IMG/VR virus record: IMGVR_UViG_3300020183_000011
Length of the DNA stretch: 64,000 nt
From: a virus
Strand: one strand, 5' to 3'
The notes beneath the pieces were generated by a model. It did not search any database. It was not told the origin of the DNA and saw nothing but the letters and a program-made list of their open reading frames with translations. The position numbers and the translations under genes are program-made. Shown piece after piece: positions 39,163-46,699 of the stretch. Each line of letters starts with the position of its first letter. Position 1 is the first letter of the stretch.

Positions 39163-39814
39163 AGAGACGCTCAGTATAATTAAAAACTATGCAAACATCA
39201 ACAGCAACTTATTATTTAAACCTGGAAATACCATCTCTACTATAGCTGTAGGTTCTGAGATCATGTCTACAGTAACGGTAGCTGAAACATTTCCTGAACA
39301 GTTCGGTATCTATGACGTGAACGAGCTGCTTGGTGCTCTATCATTATTCAATGATCCGAACTTAACTTTTGATGACAAGACATTGTTAATCAAAGAAGGT
39401 AATAGCTCTATTAAATGGTTCAAAGCTTCAGAAGAAGCAATCGTTGCTCCTAAGAAGGACATCGTATTTCCACAAGCAGAGATCGAGTTTAAGCTTGACT
39501 CAGCTGTACTAAATAATATCCTTAAGACTGCACCATTACTTAAAGCTACAGACGTGTCATTCGTTGGTAATGGTACAACAATATCAGTAGTAGTGTCTGA
39601 TAAAAAGAATAAGACAGCTAACTCATATCAATATGACATCTGTCCATCATCTTTAGTATTCAAAGTCAACATCAAAGTTGATAACCTTAAACTGATCAGT
39701 GGCAACTATGACGTATCGATCTCGTCTAAAAAGATCTCTCGTTTTGTGTCACAAAGTATCAATAGTTTAATTTATTATGTAGCGATTGAAGCAGATAGTA
39801 CATTTGAGATTTAA
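39149..39814 (+). CDS. gp45: Sliding clamp gp45
   Basis: MKLSKETLSIIKNYANINSNL, FGIYD, YYVAIE. Confidence 0.93.
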   Translation: MKLSKETLSIIKNYANINSNLLFKPGNTISTIAVGSEIMSTVTVAETFPEQFGIYDVNELLGALSLFNDPNLTFDDKTLLIKEGNSSIKWFKASEEAIVAPKKDIVFPQAEIEFKLDSAVLNNILKTAPLLKATDVSFVGNGTTISVVVSDKKNKTANSYQYDICPSSLVFKVNIKVDNLKLISGNYDVSISSKKISRFVSQSINSLIYYVAIEADSTFEI

Positions 39815-39832
39815 TTATATCATGGAGTTATT

Positions 39833-40768
39833 ATGCAAGAATACTTATGGGTGGAGAAGTATCGTCCACAAAAGATCGACGATTGTGTCTTACCAAAGAA
39901 CTTAAAAGAAACATTTAAGCAGTTCGTCCAAACTGGTGAACTACCAAACTTCTTGTTTTGTGGTACAGCAGGTGTAGGTAAAACCACTGTAGCCAAAGCA
40001 TTATGTAACGAGATAGGTGCCGAATACCTACTCATCAACGGGTCTGAGGAATCAGGTATTGACGTACTCAGAACCAAGATCAAATCATTTGCCTCAACAG
40101 TATCTTTGACTGACTCAAAGAAAGTCATCATACTAGACGAAGCAGACTATCTAAACCCAAACTCTACACAACCAGCTCTTAGAGCTTTCATCGAAGAATT
40201 CTCTAACAACTGTCGTTTCATCTTTACGTGTAACTATAAGAACCGAATCATTGATCCTCTCCATTCAAGGTGTAGTGTGATTGATTTCAAGATCGAGAAT
40301 AATGAAAAGCAACAAATTGCTTCATCGTTCTTTAAACGAGTAATGAATATACTTACTCAAGAGAATATTGTAGCAGATCAAAAAGTTGTAGCAGAGTTAG
40401 TGACTAAACACTTTCCAGATTGGAGACGTGTACTAAATGAACTACAACGTTATTCTGTGTCTGGTAAGATCGACTCAGGCATATTATTAAATGTAACTGA
40501 AGAGTCATTCAAACAACTCATCACTAACCTCAAAGATAAAAACTACACAGAAGTTAGGAAATGGGTAGCTAAGAATGGAGATTCAGATACTATAAATATA
40601 TTTAGGCAGCTATACGACACGTCTTCTGTGAACATAGAAGCAGCGAGTATACCTCAACTAGTATTGATACTTGCCGATTATCAGTATAAGGCTGCATTCG
40701 TAGCAGATCATGAAGTAAACCTCATGGCTGCACTAACGGAGATCATGGCACAATGCAAGATGAAATAA
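39833..40768 (+). CDS. gp44: Clamp loader large subunit gp44
   Basis: WVEKYRP, GVGKTT, ILDEAD, SRC. Confidence 0.96.
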   Translation: MQEYLWVEKYRPQKIDDCVLPKNLKETFKQFVQTGELPNFLFCGTAGVGKTTVAKALCNEIGAEYLLINGSEESGIDVLRTKIKSFASTVSLTDSKKVIILDEADYLNPNSTQPALRAFIEEFSNNCRFIFTCNYKNRIIDPLHSRCSVIDFKIENNEKQQIASSFFKRVMNILTQENIVADQKVVAELVTKHFPDWRRVLNELQRYSVSGKIDSGILLNVTEESFKQLITNLKDKNYTEVRKWVAKNGDSDTINIFRQLYDTSSVNIEAASIPQLVLILADYQYKAAFVADHEVNLMAALTEIMAQCKMK

Positions 40769-40959
40769 TAAAAGACCAGTATGATGCAGAGGACTGGGAT
40801 AAAGCGATCTATTTAATAGAACGTGGGTTTATCAAACTAGATCATGTAGATAAACCTGACGATATCCGTGAAACCGCGATCAACATACATAACGCAAAGC
40901 TTAGGACGATCGACGAGTACATTAAAAACGGTGGAACACCGCCGTTCGAAGGGAAATAA
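40753..40959 (+). CDS. Hypothetical protein
   Basis: Coupled ORF inserted between gp44 and gp62. Confidence 0.5.
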   Translation: MQDEIIKDQYDAEDWDKAIYLIERGFIKLDHVDKPDDIRETAINIHNAKLRTIDEYIKNGGTPPFEGK

Positions 40960-41279
40960 TGTTAACATTCATAGTCGGCGCATTATTAGGAGTTGCTTTA
41001 GGTTGGTACATACAAAGAGTATTAATCAACTATAAGATGAAGTTAATGCTTGATAGTATAGCAAACTCGCCAATAGAAACAAAGTTAAAAGTAGTGGATA
41101 TTGATCTAGTCAAGATCAAAGATAGGGTGTACGCGTATGATAGGAAGGATAACTCGTTCTTAGGATATGCTAACTCAAAGAATGAGATGGTAGACGACCT
41201 TCGTAAGAGATACCCAAATACATCATTCATGGCGAGGTCTTCAAACCTAAAAGAAGTAGAGTTCAATGACACCATTTGA
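40959..41279 (+). CDS. Hypothetical membrane-anchored protein
   Basis: N-terminal hydrophobic helix; coupled ORF. Confidence 0.55.
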   Translation: MLTFIVGALLGVALGWYIQRVLINYKMKLMLDSIANSPIETKLKVVDIDLVKIKDRVYAYDRKDNSFLGYANSKNEMVDDLRKRYPNTSFMARSSNLKEVEFNDTI

Positions 41280-41646
41280 TTTTCTTAATGCTATAAACGA
41301 GAACAAGAAGGATCTATTTACAGACCCTCAAGCAGAGAAGGACTATAATGCCTTTATCATAAACAAAGGCCTATCATTCTTTCCAGACACAGTCTTATAT
41401 GCCAACCAGATGAACGTGATCAGGGATATTCCTAAGAAGTGGCAATTTGAGTTCCTCAAGAACTCTATCCCAAAGAAAAAGAGGTTTTCAAAATGGCATA
41501 AGAAGGAAGCCACTACAGACAGCCTTAAGCTTATCATGAACCATTACAAGTACTCTGAAAAGAAAGCTTATGAAGTATTAAATATCTTGACACCCAAGCA
41601 GTTAATAGAACTCCAACAAGCCTATGATAAGGGCGGTAGAAACTAG
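41266..41646 (+). CDS. gp62: Clamp loader small subunit gp62
   Basis: PFDFLNAIN, YNAFIINKGLS, KKKRFSKW. Confidence 0.9.
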   Translation: MTPFDFLNAINENKKDLFTDPQAEKDYNAFIINKGLSFFPDTVLYANQMNVIRDIPKKWQFEFLKNSIPKKKRFSKWHKKEATTDSLKLIMNHYKYSEKKAYEVLNILTPKQLIELQQAYDKGGRN

Positions 41647-41694
41647 AAACCTTATAAATATATTATGTAATTAAATAAAGAAAGTGATTTTATA

Positions 41695-42132
41695 ATGTCT
41701 ATAGCAATGGTGTATTATGATTGGACACCTGATGCAATGTTAGAAGTTGACTTGATCGAACCAGATAACTTCCTCAAAGTCAGAGAAACTCTAACCCGCA
41801 TCGGTATAGCGTCTAGAAAAGACAAGAAGCTATTCCAGTCATGCCATATACTACATAAACAAGGTAAGTACTTCATCGTACACTTTAAAGAATTGTTTGC
41901 CCTTGATGGCAAAGAATCTGATATCTCTATGTCCGATATCGAGAGACGAAATGTCATAGCTGAATTACTACAAGATTGGGGTCTGCTTAAGATTTTAGAT
42001 AAATCCAAGGCAGAACCAAAGGCTTCTCTATCTCAGATCAAAGTTGTTTCATACAAAGAAAAATCTGAGTGGGAATTAGTACCGAAATATAACATCGGCG
42101 GTATTAAACGTAACGTTACTATTAATAACTAG
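41695..42132 (+). CDS. regA: Translational repressor RegA
   Basis: FLKVRETLTRIG, QSCHILHKQG.Y.IVHFKELF, LVPKY; late promoter at 41653-41660. Confidence 0.96.
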   Translation: MSIAMVYYDWTPDAMLEVDLIEPDNFLKVRETLTRIGIASRKDKKLFQSCHILHKQGKYFIVHFKELFALDGKESDISMSDIERRNVIAELLQDWGLLKILDKSKAEPKASLSQIKVVSYKEKSEWELVPKYNIGGIKRNVTINN

Positions 42133-42140
42133 GAGTTTTT

Positions 42141-42341
42141 ATGAGCATCAAACTTGATTTAACAATTGAAGAAATTAATACCATTCTTCGTTCTTTGGGT
42201 AAACACCCATTCGATGAGATCGTTGTATTAATCTCTAAAATTAAACAACAAGGTGAAATTCAACTTGCAGAGCAACAAAAATTAGCAGCAGAACAAGCTA
42301 CAGCTGCTGAACAAGCGCAATCAGAAACACCAGCTGAATAA
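42141..42341 (+). CDS. Small hypothetical protein
   Basis: AGGAG RBS; LTIEEINTIL..LGKHPFDEI. Confidence 0.65.
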   Translation: MSIKLDLTIEEINTILRSLGKHPFDEIVVLISKIKQQGEIQLAEQQKLAAEQATAAEQAQSETPAE

Positions 42342-42407
42342 TAACAGGTTTATTACTTTTTAATACTTTTAACTAGTCCTTTTTAATAAATATTGTATAA
42401 GTAATTA

Positions 42408-42436
42408 TGTACATTAAATCAAAGTCATGATATAAT
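42408..42436 (+). promoter_or_regulatory. TGTACA-N17-TATAAT promoter upstream of pqqA
   Basis: Motif seen directly. Confidence 0.75.
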
Positions 42437-42559
42437 GTATCTGTATGGTTGAATGATTGTACAAAGTTATATAGGCCTCAAGGTAGACCTTTATCTTATT
42501 GATATCTCTACTGACATGAGTTTATAAACGCAATATTTTATAAACAAAGGAGAACTACT

Positions 42560-42631
42560 ATGTGGACAAAACCAGCTGCAACTGAAATGCGCTTCGGTTT
42601 CGAAGTAACAATGTACGTAATGAACAAGTAA
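42560..42631 (+). CDS. pqqA: Pyrroloquinoline quinone precursor peptide PqqA
   Basis: Translates to [23 protein letters not shown] (23 aa) with the WTKP...R.GFEVT.Y signature and E-x3-Y; AAAGGAG RBS; own promoter and terminator. Confidence 0.95.
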   Translation: MWTKPAATEMRFGFEVTMYVMNK

Positions 42632-42667
42632 TTGTTCTAGTACATGGACTGGGGATACTCGGTCGGC

Positions 42668-42699
42668 AAAGGGGACTTAAAATGTCCCCTTTATTTTTT
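42668..42699 (+). terminator. Intrinsic terminator after pqqA
   Basis: AAAGGGGAC-ttaaaat-GTCCCCTTT followed by ATTTTTT. Confidence 0.85.
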
Positions 42700-42703
42700 A
42701 CTA

Positions 42704-42732
42704 TGTACATTAATTAATAATTATGGTATAAT
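42704..42732 (+). promoter_or_regulatory. TGTACA-N17-TATAAT promoter upstream of bS21
   Basis: Motif seen directly. Confidence 0.75.
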
Positions 42733-42758
42733 GGGCATATTAGTCAAGGAGAATCAAA

Positions 42759-43016
42759 ATAGCTATACCAAATAAAAAGTTTAAACCAAGACCAGACGAA
42801 AGGCAAGGCCTTGCAGTAGACGTGCCTGATGGCCAGTTCGAGAAGGCTTTCAGGAAGTTTAGAAACAAAGTACAAGACTCTGGTCTTTTACAAGAGATAC
42901 GTGATCGTATGCAGTACGAGAAACCATGCATCGCGCGTAAGAAAGCCAAGAATCAATCTCGTAAGAGATGGCTTAAGAAAGTAGCATCTACAAAGTTACC
43001 ACCAAAACTATATTAA
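42759..43016 (+). CDS. rpsU: Ribosomal protein bS21 (probable ATA start)
   Basis: VDVPDGQFEKAFRKFRNKVQDSGLLQEIRDRMQYEKPCIARKK matches bS21 (V.V...fe.ALRRFK......G...E.R.R..YEKP). AGGAG lies 7 nt before an in-frame ATA at 42759. Confidence 0.88.
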   Translation: MAIPNKKFKPRPDERQGLAVDVPDGQFEKAFRKFRNKVQDSGLLQEIRDRMQYEKPCIARKKAKNQSRKRWLKKVASTKLPPKLY

Positions 43017-43026
43017 GGAGATCATA

Positions 43027-43089
43027 ATGGGTAATCGTGATAAGAAAAAAGAATCAAAAGGCAGACCTAAAAAAGATAAGGCAAAATAA
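43027..43089 (+). CDS. 20-aa highly basic peptide
   Basis: MGNRDKKKESKGRPKKDKAK; AAGGAG RBS at 43015-43020; stop overlaps the next ATG (TAATG). Confidence 0.65.
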   Translation: MGNRDKKKESKGRPKKDKAK

Positions 43090-43292
43090 TGGTAGCAAAG
43101 AATGACATCACTAGTGATAGCATCTTATCAAAGTCAGCCACAAAAGAATTTGATAAGAACTTTGATGCCATCGATTGGTCAGTTAAGTTAGACGCTCCAC
43201 AAGACGGAGACCAAAGACTTAACAATGAAGGCAAACTTGAACATTATTATGGAGGACAGTGGAATGCAACAGGACAAAAAGAACCGACCTGA
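43089..43292 (+). CDS. Hypothetical protein
   Basis: AKNDITSDSI.SK...FDKNFDAIDW; coupled ORF. Confidence 0.65.
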   Translation: MVAKNDITSDSILSKSATKEFDKNFDAIDWSVKLDAPQDGDQRLNNEGKLEHYYGGQWNATGQKEPT

Positions 43293-43491
43293 GTTACCAA
43301 GGGTCGACGTGCAAAAAGCAGTAAACGCTGTAGGTAACAGGTATTATATGATCTTGATGGCAGCACACATGGCCCGAGACATTACTAAACGAAGAGACTT
43401 CTTAGATCGTAAAGCAGAGAAGCTCCACTATTATGGCTATAAACCTATCAATCAAGCATTGCAGGATATTATAGATGACGCAGGATTATAA
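43264..43491 (+). CDS. rpoZ: RNA polymerase omega subunit (RpoZ)-like protein
   Basis: RVDVQKAVNAVGNRYYMILMAAHMAR...KPINQALQDI parallels RpoZ ([26 protein letters not shown]...K...ALREI); GGAGG RBS before ATG 43264. Confidence 0.75.
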   Translation: MQQDKKNRPELPRVDVQKAVNAVGNRYYMILMAAHMARDITKRRDFLDRKAEKLHYYGYKPINQALQDIIDDAGL

Positions 43492-43597
43492 GTACACTCA
43501 ACAAGAATGGGATAAGACGGTAGGTTGGGGCAAAGTCCCCGAGGATCGTGAAGTTAAACCCGAGCCTCAAAAAGAAAATAACCTACCAACTAAATAG
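43475..43597 (+). CDS. 40-aa hypothetical peptide
   Basis: MTQDYKYTQQEWDKTVGWGKVPEDRE...; AGGA RBS; overlaps the end of the rpoZ-like gene. Confidence 0.5.
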   Translation: MTQDYKYTQQEWDKTVGWGKVPEDREVKPEPQKENNLPTK

Positions 43598-43684
43598 GTA
43601 TATACTGACGTATACCAAACGGCATATAAATTTTCGAGCGCGTTTCAATAAATAATTATAGAAACAACAACTAAGGAGATTTAA

Positions 43685-43933
43685 ATGAAAGCTTTGGTAT
43701 TACTCATAACTTTATTTTTTAGTATAGCTTCACATGCAGCAGATGTTGATCAAAACAATATCAACAATCAACAGTTTTCTAGACGACCATATGCAAAGGT
43801 TCCAGCTCCAAAAGCTGAAACATATGAAGGCGACGTGGTTAGTAAAGAAGAGCAAGTTGCTGAAGATAAATATAAGACACTACGTCTGCATCAATTAGGT
43901 CGTAGACCATACGCAGAAAAGAATACAGATTAA
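43685..43933 (+). CDS. Secreted small protein with two Q-x-x-RRPY motifs
   Basis: Signal peptide ending SHA-A; QQFSRRPYAK and HQLGRRPYAE; AAGGAG RBS. Confidence 0.75.
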   Translation: MKALVLLITLFFSIASHAADVDQNNINNQQFSRRPYAKVPAPKAETYEGDVVSKEEQVAEDKYKTLRLHQLGRRPYAEKNTD

Positions 43934-43942
43934 GTATTACTT

Positions 43943-43983
43943 AGGGTTTTGTGAGGTTCCCTCGTATTAAAATAACCTCACAA
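43943..43983 (+). other. Predicted H-type RNA pseudoknot in a 3' UTR
   Basis: AGGG(43943-46) pairs with CCCT(43959-62); TTGTGAGGTT(43949-58) pairs with AACCTCACAA(43974-83). Confidence 0.5.
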
Positions 43984-43987
43984 GTTG

Positions 43988-44049
43988 TATAAATAGTATT
44001 GCCTATGCCTTCGGGGTAGGTATTTTGTTAAACTCGCTTAAATAAGGAG
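43988..44049 (+). promoter_or_regulatory. Late promoter plus ROSE-like RNA thermometer leader of hsp20
   Basis: TATAAATA at 43988-95; cUUCGg hairpin at 44001-21; CTCGCTT pairs with the AAGGAG SD with a bulged G (UYGCU motif) at 44033-49. Confidence 0.6.
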
Positions 44050-44056
44050 AAAATAA

Positions 44057-44542
44057 ATGCGAACAACAAACGTTTCATTTGGCCCTATCTGGCCTTCAAC
44101 AGTTGGATTTGATAACATCATTAATGAGCTAGACGCTTTACTTAATGCTCAAACTCCAGCATCAACCTTCCCACCTCATAACATTATTAAGGTAGACGAC
44201 TATCAATACATCGTTGAACTTGCAATCGCAGGCTTTAATAAACAAGAGGTAACTATCACCCTTAAAGATGGACTACTCGAGATCAAAGGAAATAAAAATC
44301 CTGATGATGTAGATGTACAGTACCTCCATAAGGGAATTGGTACAAGATCATTCATTAAGACTATTAGACTTGCTGACACTGTTGAAGTTAAAGGTGCAGA
44401 GTTCAAGGATGGTATCTTACGTGTTGCTCTTGAGAATGTAATCCCTGAATCTAAGAAGCCTCGTAACATCGAGATCTCTGACTCACTTCCACTAATTCAA
44501 CCCAAAGAAAAAGAGTTGTTAGTAGAAAAGACTGATAGTTAA
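44057..44542 (+). CDS. hsp20: Small heat shock protein Hsp20 (IbpA-like)
   Basis: FPPHNII, ELAIAGF, YLHKGIGTRSF, GAEFKDGIL, IPESKKPRNIEI. Confidence 0.95.
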   Translation: MRTTNVSFGPIWPSTVGFDNIINELDALLNAQTPASTFPPHNIIKVDDYQYIVELAIAGFNKQEVTITLKDGLLEIKGNKNPDDVDVQYLHKGIGTRSFIKTIRLADTVEVKGAEFKDGILRVALENVIPESKKPRNIEISDSLPLIQPKEKELLVEKTDS

Positions 44543-44547
44543 AGGGT

Positions 44548-44567
44548 AGGGGAGAGCAATCTCCCCT
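44548..44567 (+). terminator. GNRA-loop hairpin after hsp20
   Basis: AGGGGAGA-GCAA-TCTCCCCT; no long U tract. Confidence 0.5.
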
Positions 44568-44576
44568 CATAAATAT

Positions 44577-44798
44577 ATGATGAAGAATGAATTGACAAAA
44601 GACTTAGTTTCTTATCCGTTTTTACGGAGGGGAAACTATCAACTAAAAGTTTCAGTACTTAAAAATATGAGTGTCGTGGTCGTAGGTAATCATCTAATGG
44701 ACATTGATAAGTTTTTTGTAAAACATTTTAGTAACTTAGAAACAGCAGCAGATTTTATAGAATTTACATTATTAAAGGATGAATATGGCGGACACTAA
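44577..44798 (+). CDS. Hypothetical protein
   Basis: ORF between hsp20 and the next conserved gene. Confidence 0.55.
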   Translation: MMKNELTKDLVSYPFLRRGNYQLKVSVLKNMSVVVVGNHLMDIDKFFVKHFSNLETAADFIEFTLLKDEYGGH

Positions 44799-45099
44799 AT
44801 TATTAATCATTAAATTGATCAGCAGCGAAGAGATCTTATGTACTCAAATCTCATCAGGCGAGGGTGTAATGGTCATTAAAGATGCAGTATTATTGATCTA
44901 TAAACAAACTAAAGAAGGTAATATGTCAGTAGGTTTTGCTCCATATATGCCTTATGCAGATGGAACGATCTCACTAAATCACAGCGCTATTGCTTCAAAC
45001 AGTTATCCAAAACAAGAACTAGCAGACGAATATAATCGTATCTTTGGTTCAGGCATCATGATAGCTGGTGCAAACGACGCAGCATTTAAAGCCAAATAA
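44785..45099 (+). CDS. Conserved T4-like hypothetical protein
   Basis: IKLISSEEIL, GFAPYMPY, YNRIFGSGI; N-terminus resembles ORF 28451. Confidence 0.7.
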   Translation: MADTKLLIIKLISSEEILCTQISSGEGVMVIKDAVLLIYKQTKEGNMSVGFAPYMPYADGTISLNHSAIASNSYPKQELADEYNRIFGSGIMIAGANDAAFKAK

Positions 45100-45100
45100 T

Positions 45101-45129
45101 TGTACTTTTAATCCCAGACGGGATATAAT
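45101..45129 (+). promoter_or_regulatory. TGTACT-N17-TATAAT promoter of the modification operon (likely leaderless)
   Basis: ATG 45136 lies 7 nt after the -10 box, with no SD. Confidence 0.7.
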
Positions 45130-45135
45130 TATATT

Positions 45136-45540
45136 ATGAAATCAGTTCCAGACTTCATTGAAGGCCATAAGCCTTCTAATGATATATTGATCTTAGGCCA
45201 ATGTCCCTCTTCTAAAACTAAACCATTTAAGAATGGGACATTTGCACGTCTGAGCAAATGGTTAGAAACTGTAGATGTGCATGCATTTGCATTCCATAAC
45301 GTGATACCTGATAAGATCAATAGTTATGACATTAAAGACGTACAGTATAAGAAGCTATACACTGTATCGCATGGTCGAAAGAAGATCATCGCATTAGGTG
45401 GGTTTGTAGAACGCGTATGTAAGAAGTATAACATACCACACTATAAGATAGATCATCCTTCTCCAAGGAATCGTAACTTAAATGACCCTAAATATGAAGA
45501 GCAGATGTTAAAACGACTAAGAGATTATCTCAATGATTGA
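45136..45540 (+). CDS. Uracil-DNA glycosylase-superfamily-like protein
   Basis: ILILGQCPS (motif A), IIALG, IDHPSPRNR (motif B). Confidence 0.7.
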   Translation: MKSVPDFIEGHKPSNDILILGQCPSSKTKPFKNGTFARLSKWLETVDVHAFAFHNVIPDKINSYDIKDVQYKKLYTVSHGRKKIIALGGFVERVCKKYNIPHYKIDHPSPRNRNLNDPKYEEQMLKRLRDYLND

Positions 45541-46699
45541 GACTACACAATACTATGACGAGTACATAAGATATTTTAGTCTTGCAAAGGATCAGCAAGA
45601 AAAGTGTAACGTATCTCTTAATCCACCGTATGGTATGATACCGCATGCAGAGTCGGACATGAATGATGATCTACTTCATTATATTGAACTATATGATGTG
45701 GTAGAACGTAAGTACGCAGGGTTTTCTCAGATAGTTAATGATTGCTTTTATGGCTGGACCGAAGATCACCCATACTGGAAAAAGATGGAAGCTGGTAAGA
45801 TCACTCGTCAACGGGATACGATAGCTAAGAACTGGACAGGAAAACACTCAGACTTTAAGTTACCTGAATGGCTGTACATCTTTATCCTCCATCGTGTATG
45901 CGGTTCTGCGATCAACTATTCTACAAAACCAAGTGGATATCACAATACCATACTATTTGGTTTACACAACTGTAAGACTATTGAAGACATGGTCGAGATG
46001 GTGAATAACTATCCATCATCGTTCTATACTTCTGTAGGTTATCAGTTCCCAGCTTTTCCTAAACCACCAGCAGATTCAAGATACAAAAAGGGTGGAGACT
46101 ATTACCTATCAGAGTATGCACCACGATTAGCAAGAGAACTAGCAGAGTATTTAGAATCTGGTGGTAAACGATCATTAAGAGAGATCGGTTCATTCATGTT
46201 GGATTGGAACGTTAAGAACGACTTAAGACAGTACCATTTTCAATACGCAGCAGTGGTTGCAGACGTGGCTGACTGGTATCCTCAGTATGTAGATAAGACA
46301 TCACCATTTTACTACGGTACAAATGCAGTAGAGTGTATATCATATCTTGCTAAACCTACATCTAAGATGAAACAAGAACAATTCTTAGATCAAGTAATGA
46401 TGAAGATATATGAAGATACTAAAGCATACCCATACAATGCAGAAGACGTATGCTGTGACTTCATCCGATGGGTAGAGAACTATGTCCGACCAGGATCTGA
46501 CTACGATCATCTTGATTTTGATAGTGTATGGTCGTCATGTAAGATTAAAGACCATCCATTTGGTAGACAGAAAGCAATGCTACAACTAGGATTAGTAGAC
46601 ACATTTAATAGTATGACAGCTCATCCATCAGATGATGCTATCTTAAAAGCAAACAACATGACTGTAGAACAATATAAGGAACTATGCAAAACACTCTAA
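45533..46699 (+). CDS. aGPT-PPlase / amino acid:DNA transferase-like protein (paralogue 1)
   Basis: FQYAAVVADVAD, YGTNAVEC, AEDVCCDFIRW resemble the F......D / G..A / E..LC.F.KY motifs of the glycosylase-derived base-modifying family. Confidence 0.55.
   Translation: MIETTQYYDEYIRYFSLAKDQQEKCNVSLNPPYGMIPHAESDMNDDLLHYIELYDVVERKYAGFSQIVNDCFYGWTEDHPYWKKMEAGKITRQRDTIAKNWTGKHSDFKLPEWLYIFILHRVCGSAINYSTKPSGYHNTILFGLHNCKTIEDMVEMVNNYPSSFYTSVGYQFPAFPKPPADSRYKKGGDYYLSEYAPRLARELAEYLESGGKRSLREIGSFMLDWNVKNDLRQYHFQYAAVVADVADWYPQYVDKTSPFYYGTNAVECISYLAKPTSKMKQEQFLDQVMMKIYEDTKAYPYNAEDVCCDFIRWVENYVRPGSDYDHLDFDSVWSSCKIKDHPFGRQKAMLQLGLVDTFNSMTAHPSDDAILKANNMTVEQYKELCKTL

Noticed and set aside
42453-42527. 24-codon ORF in the pqqA leader
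   Set aside because: No SD, out of frame with pqqA and no recognisable motif.
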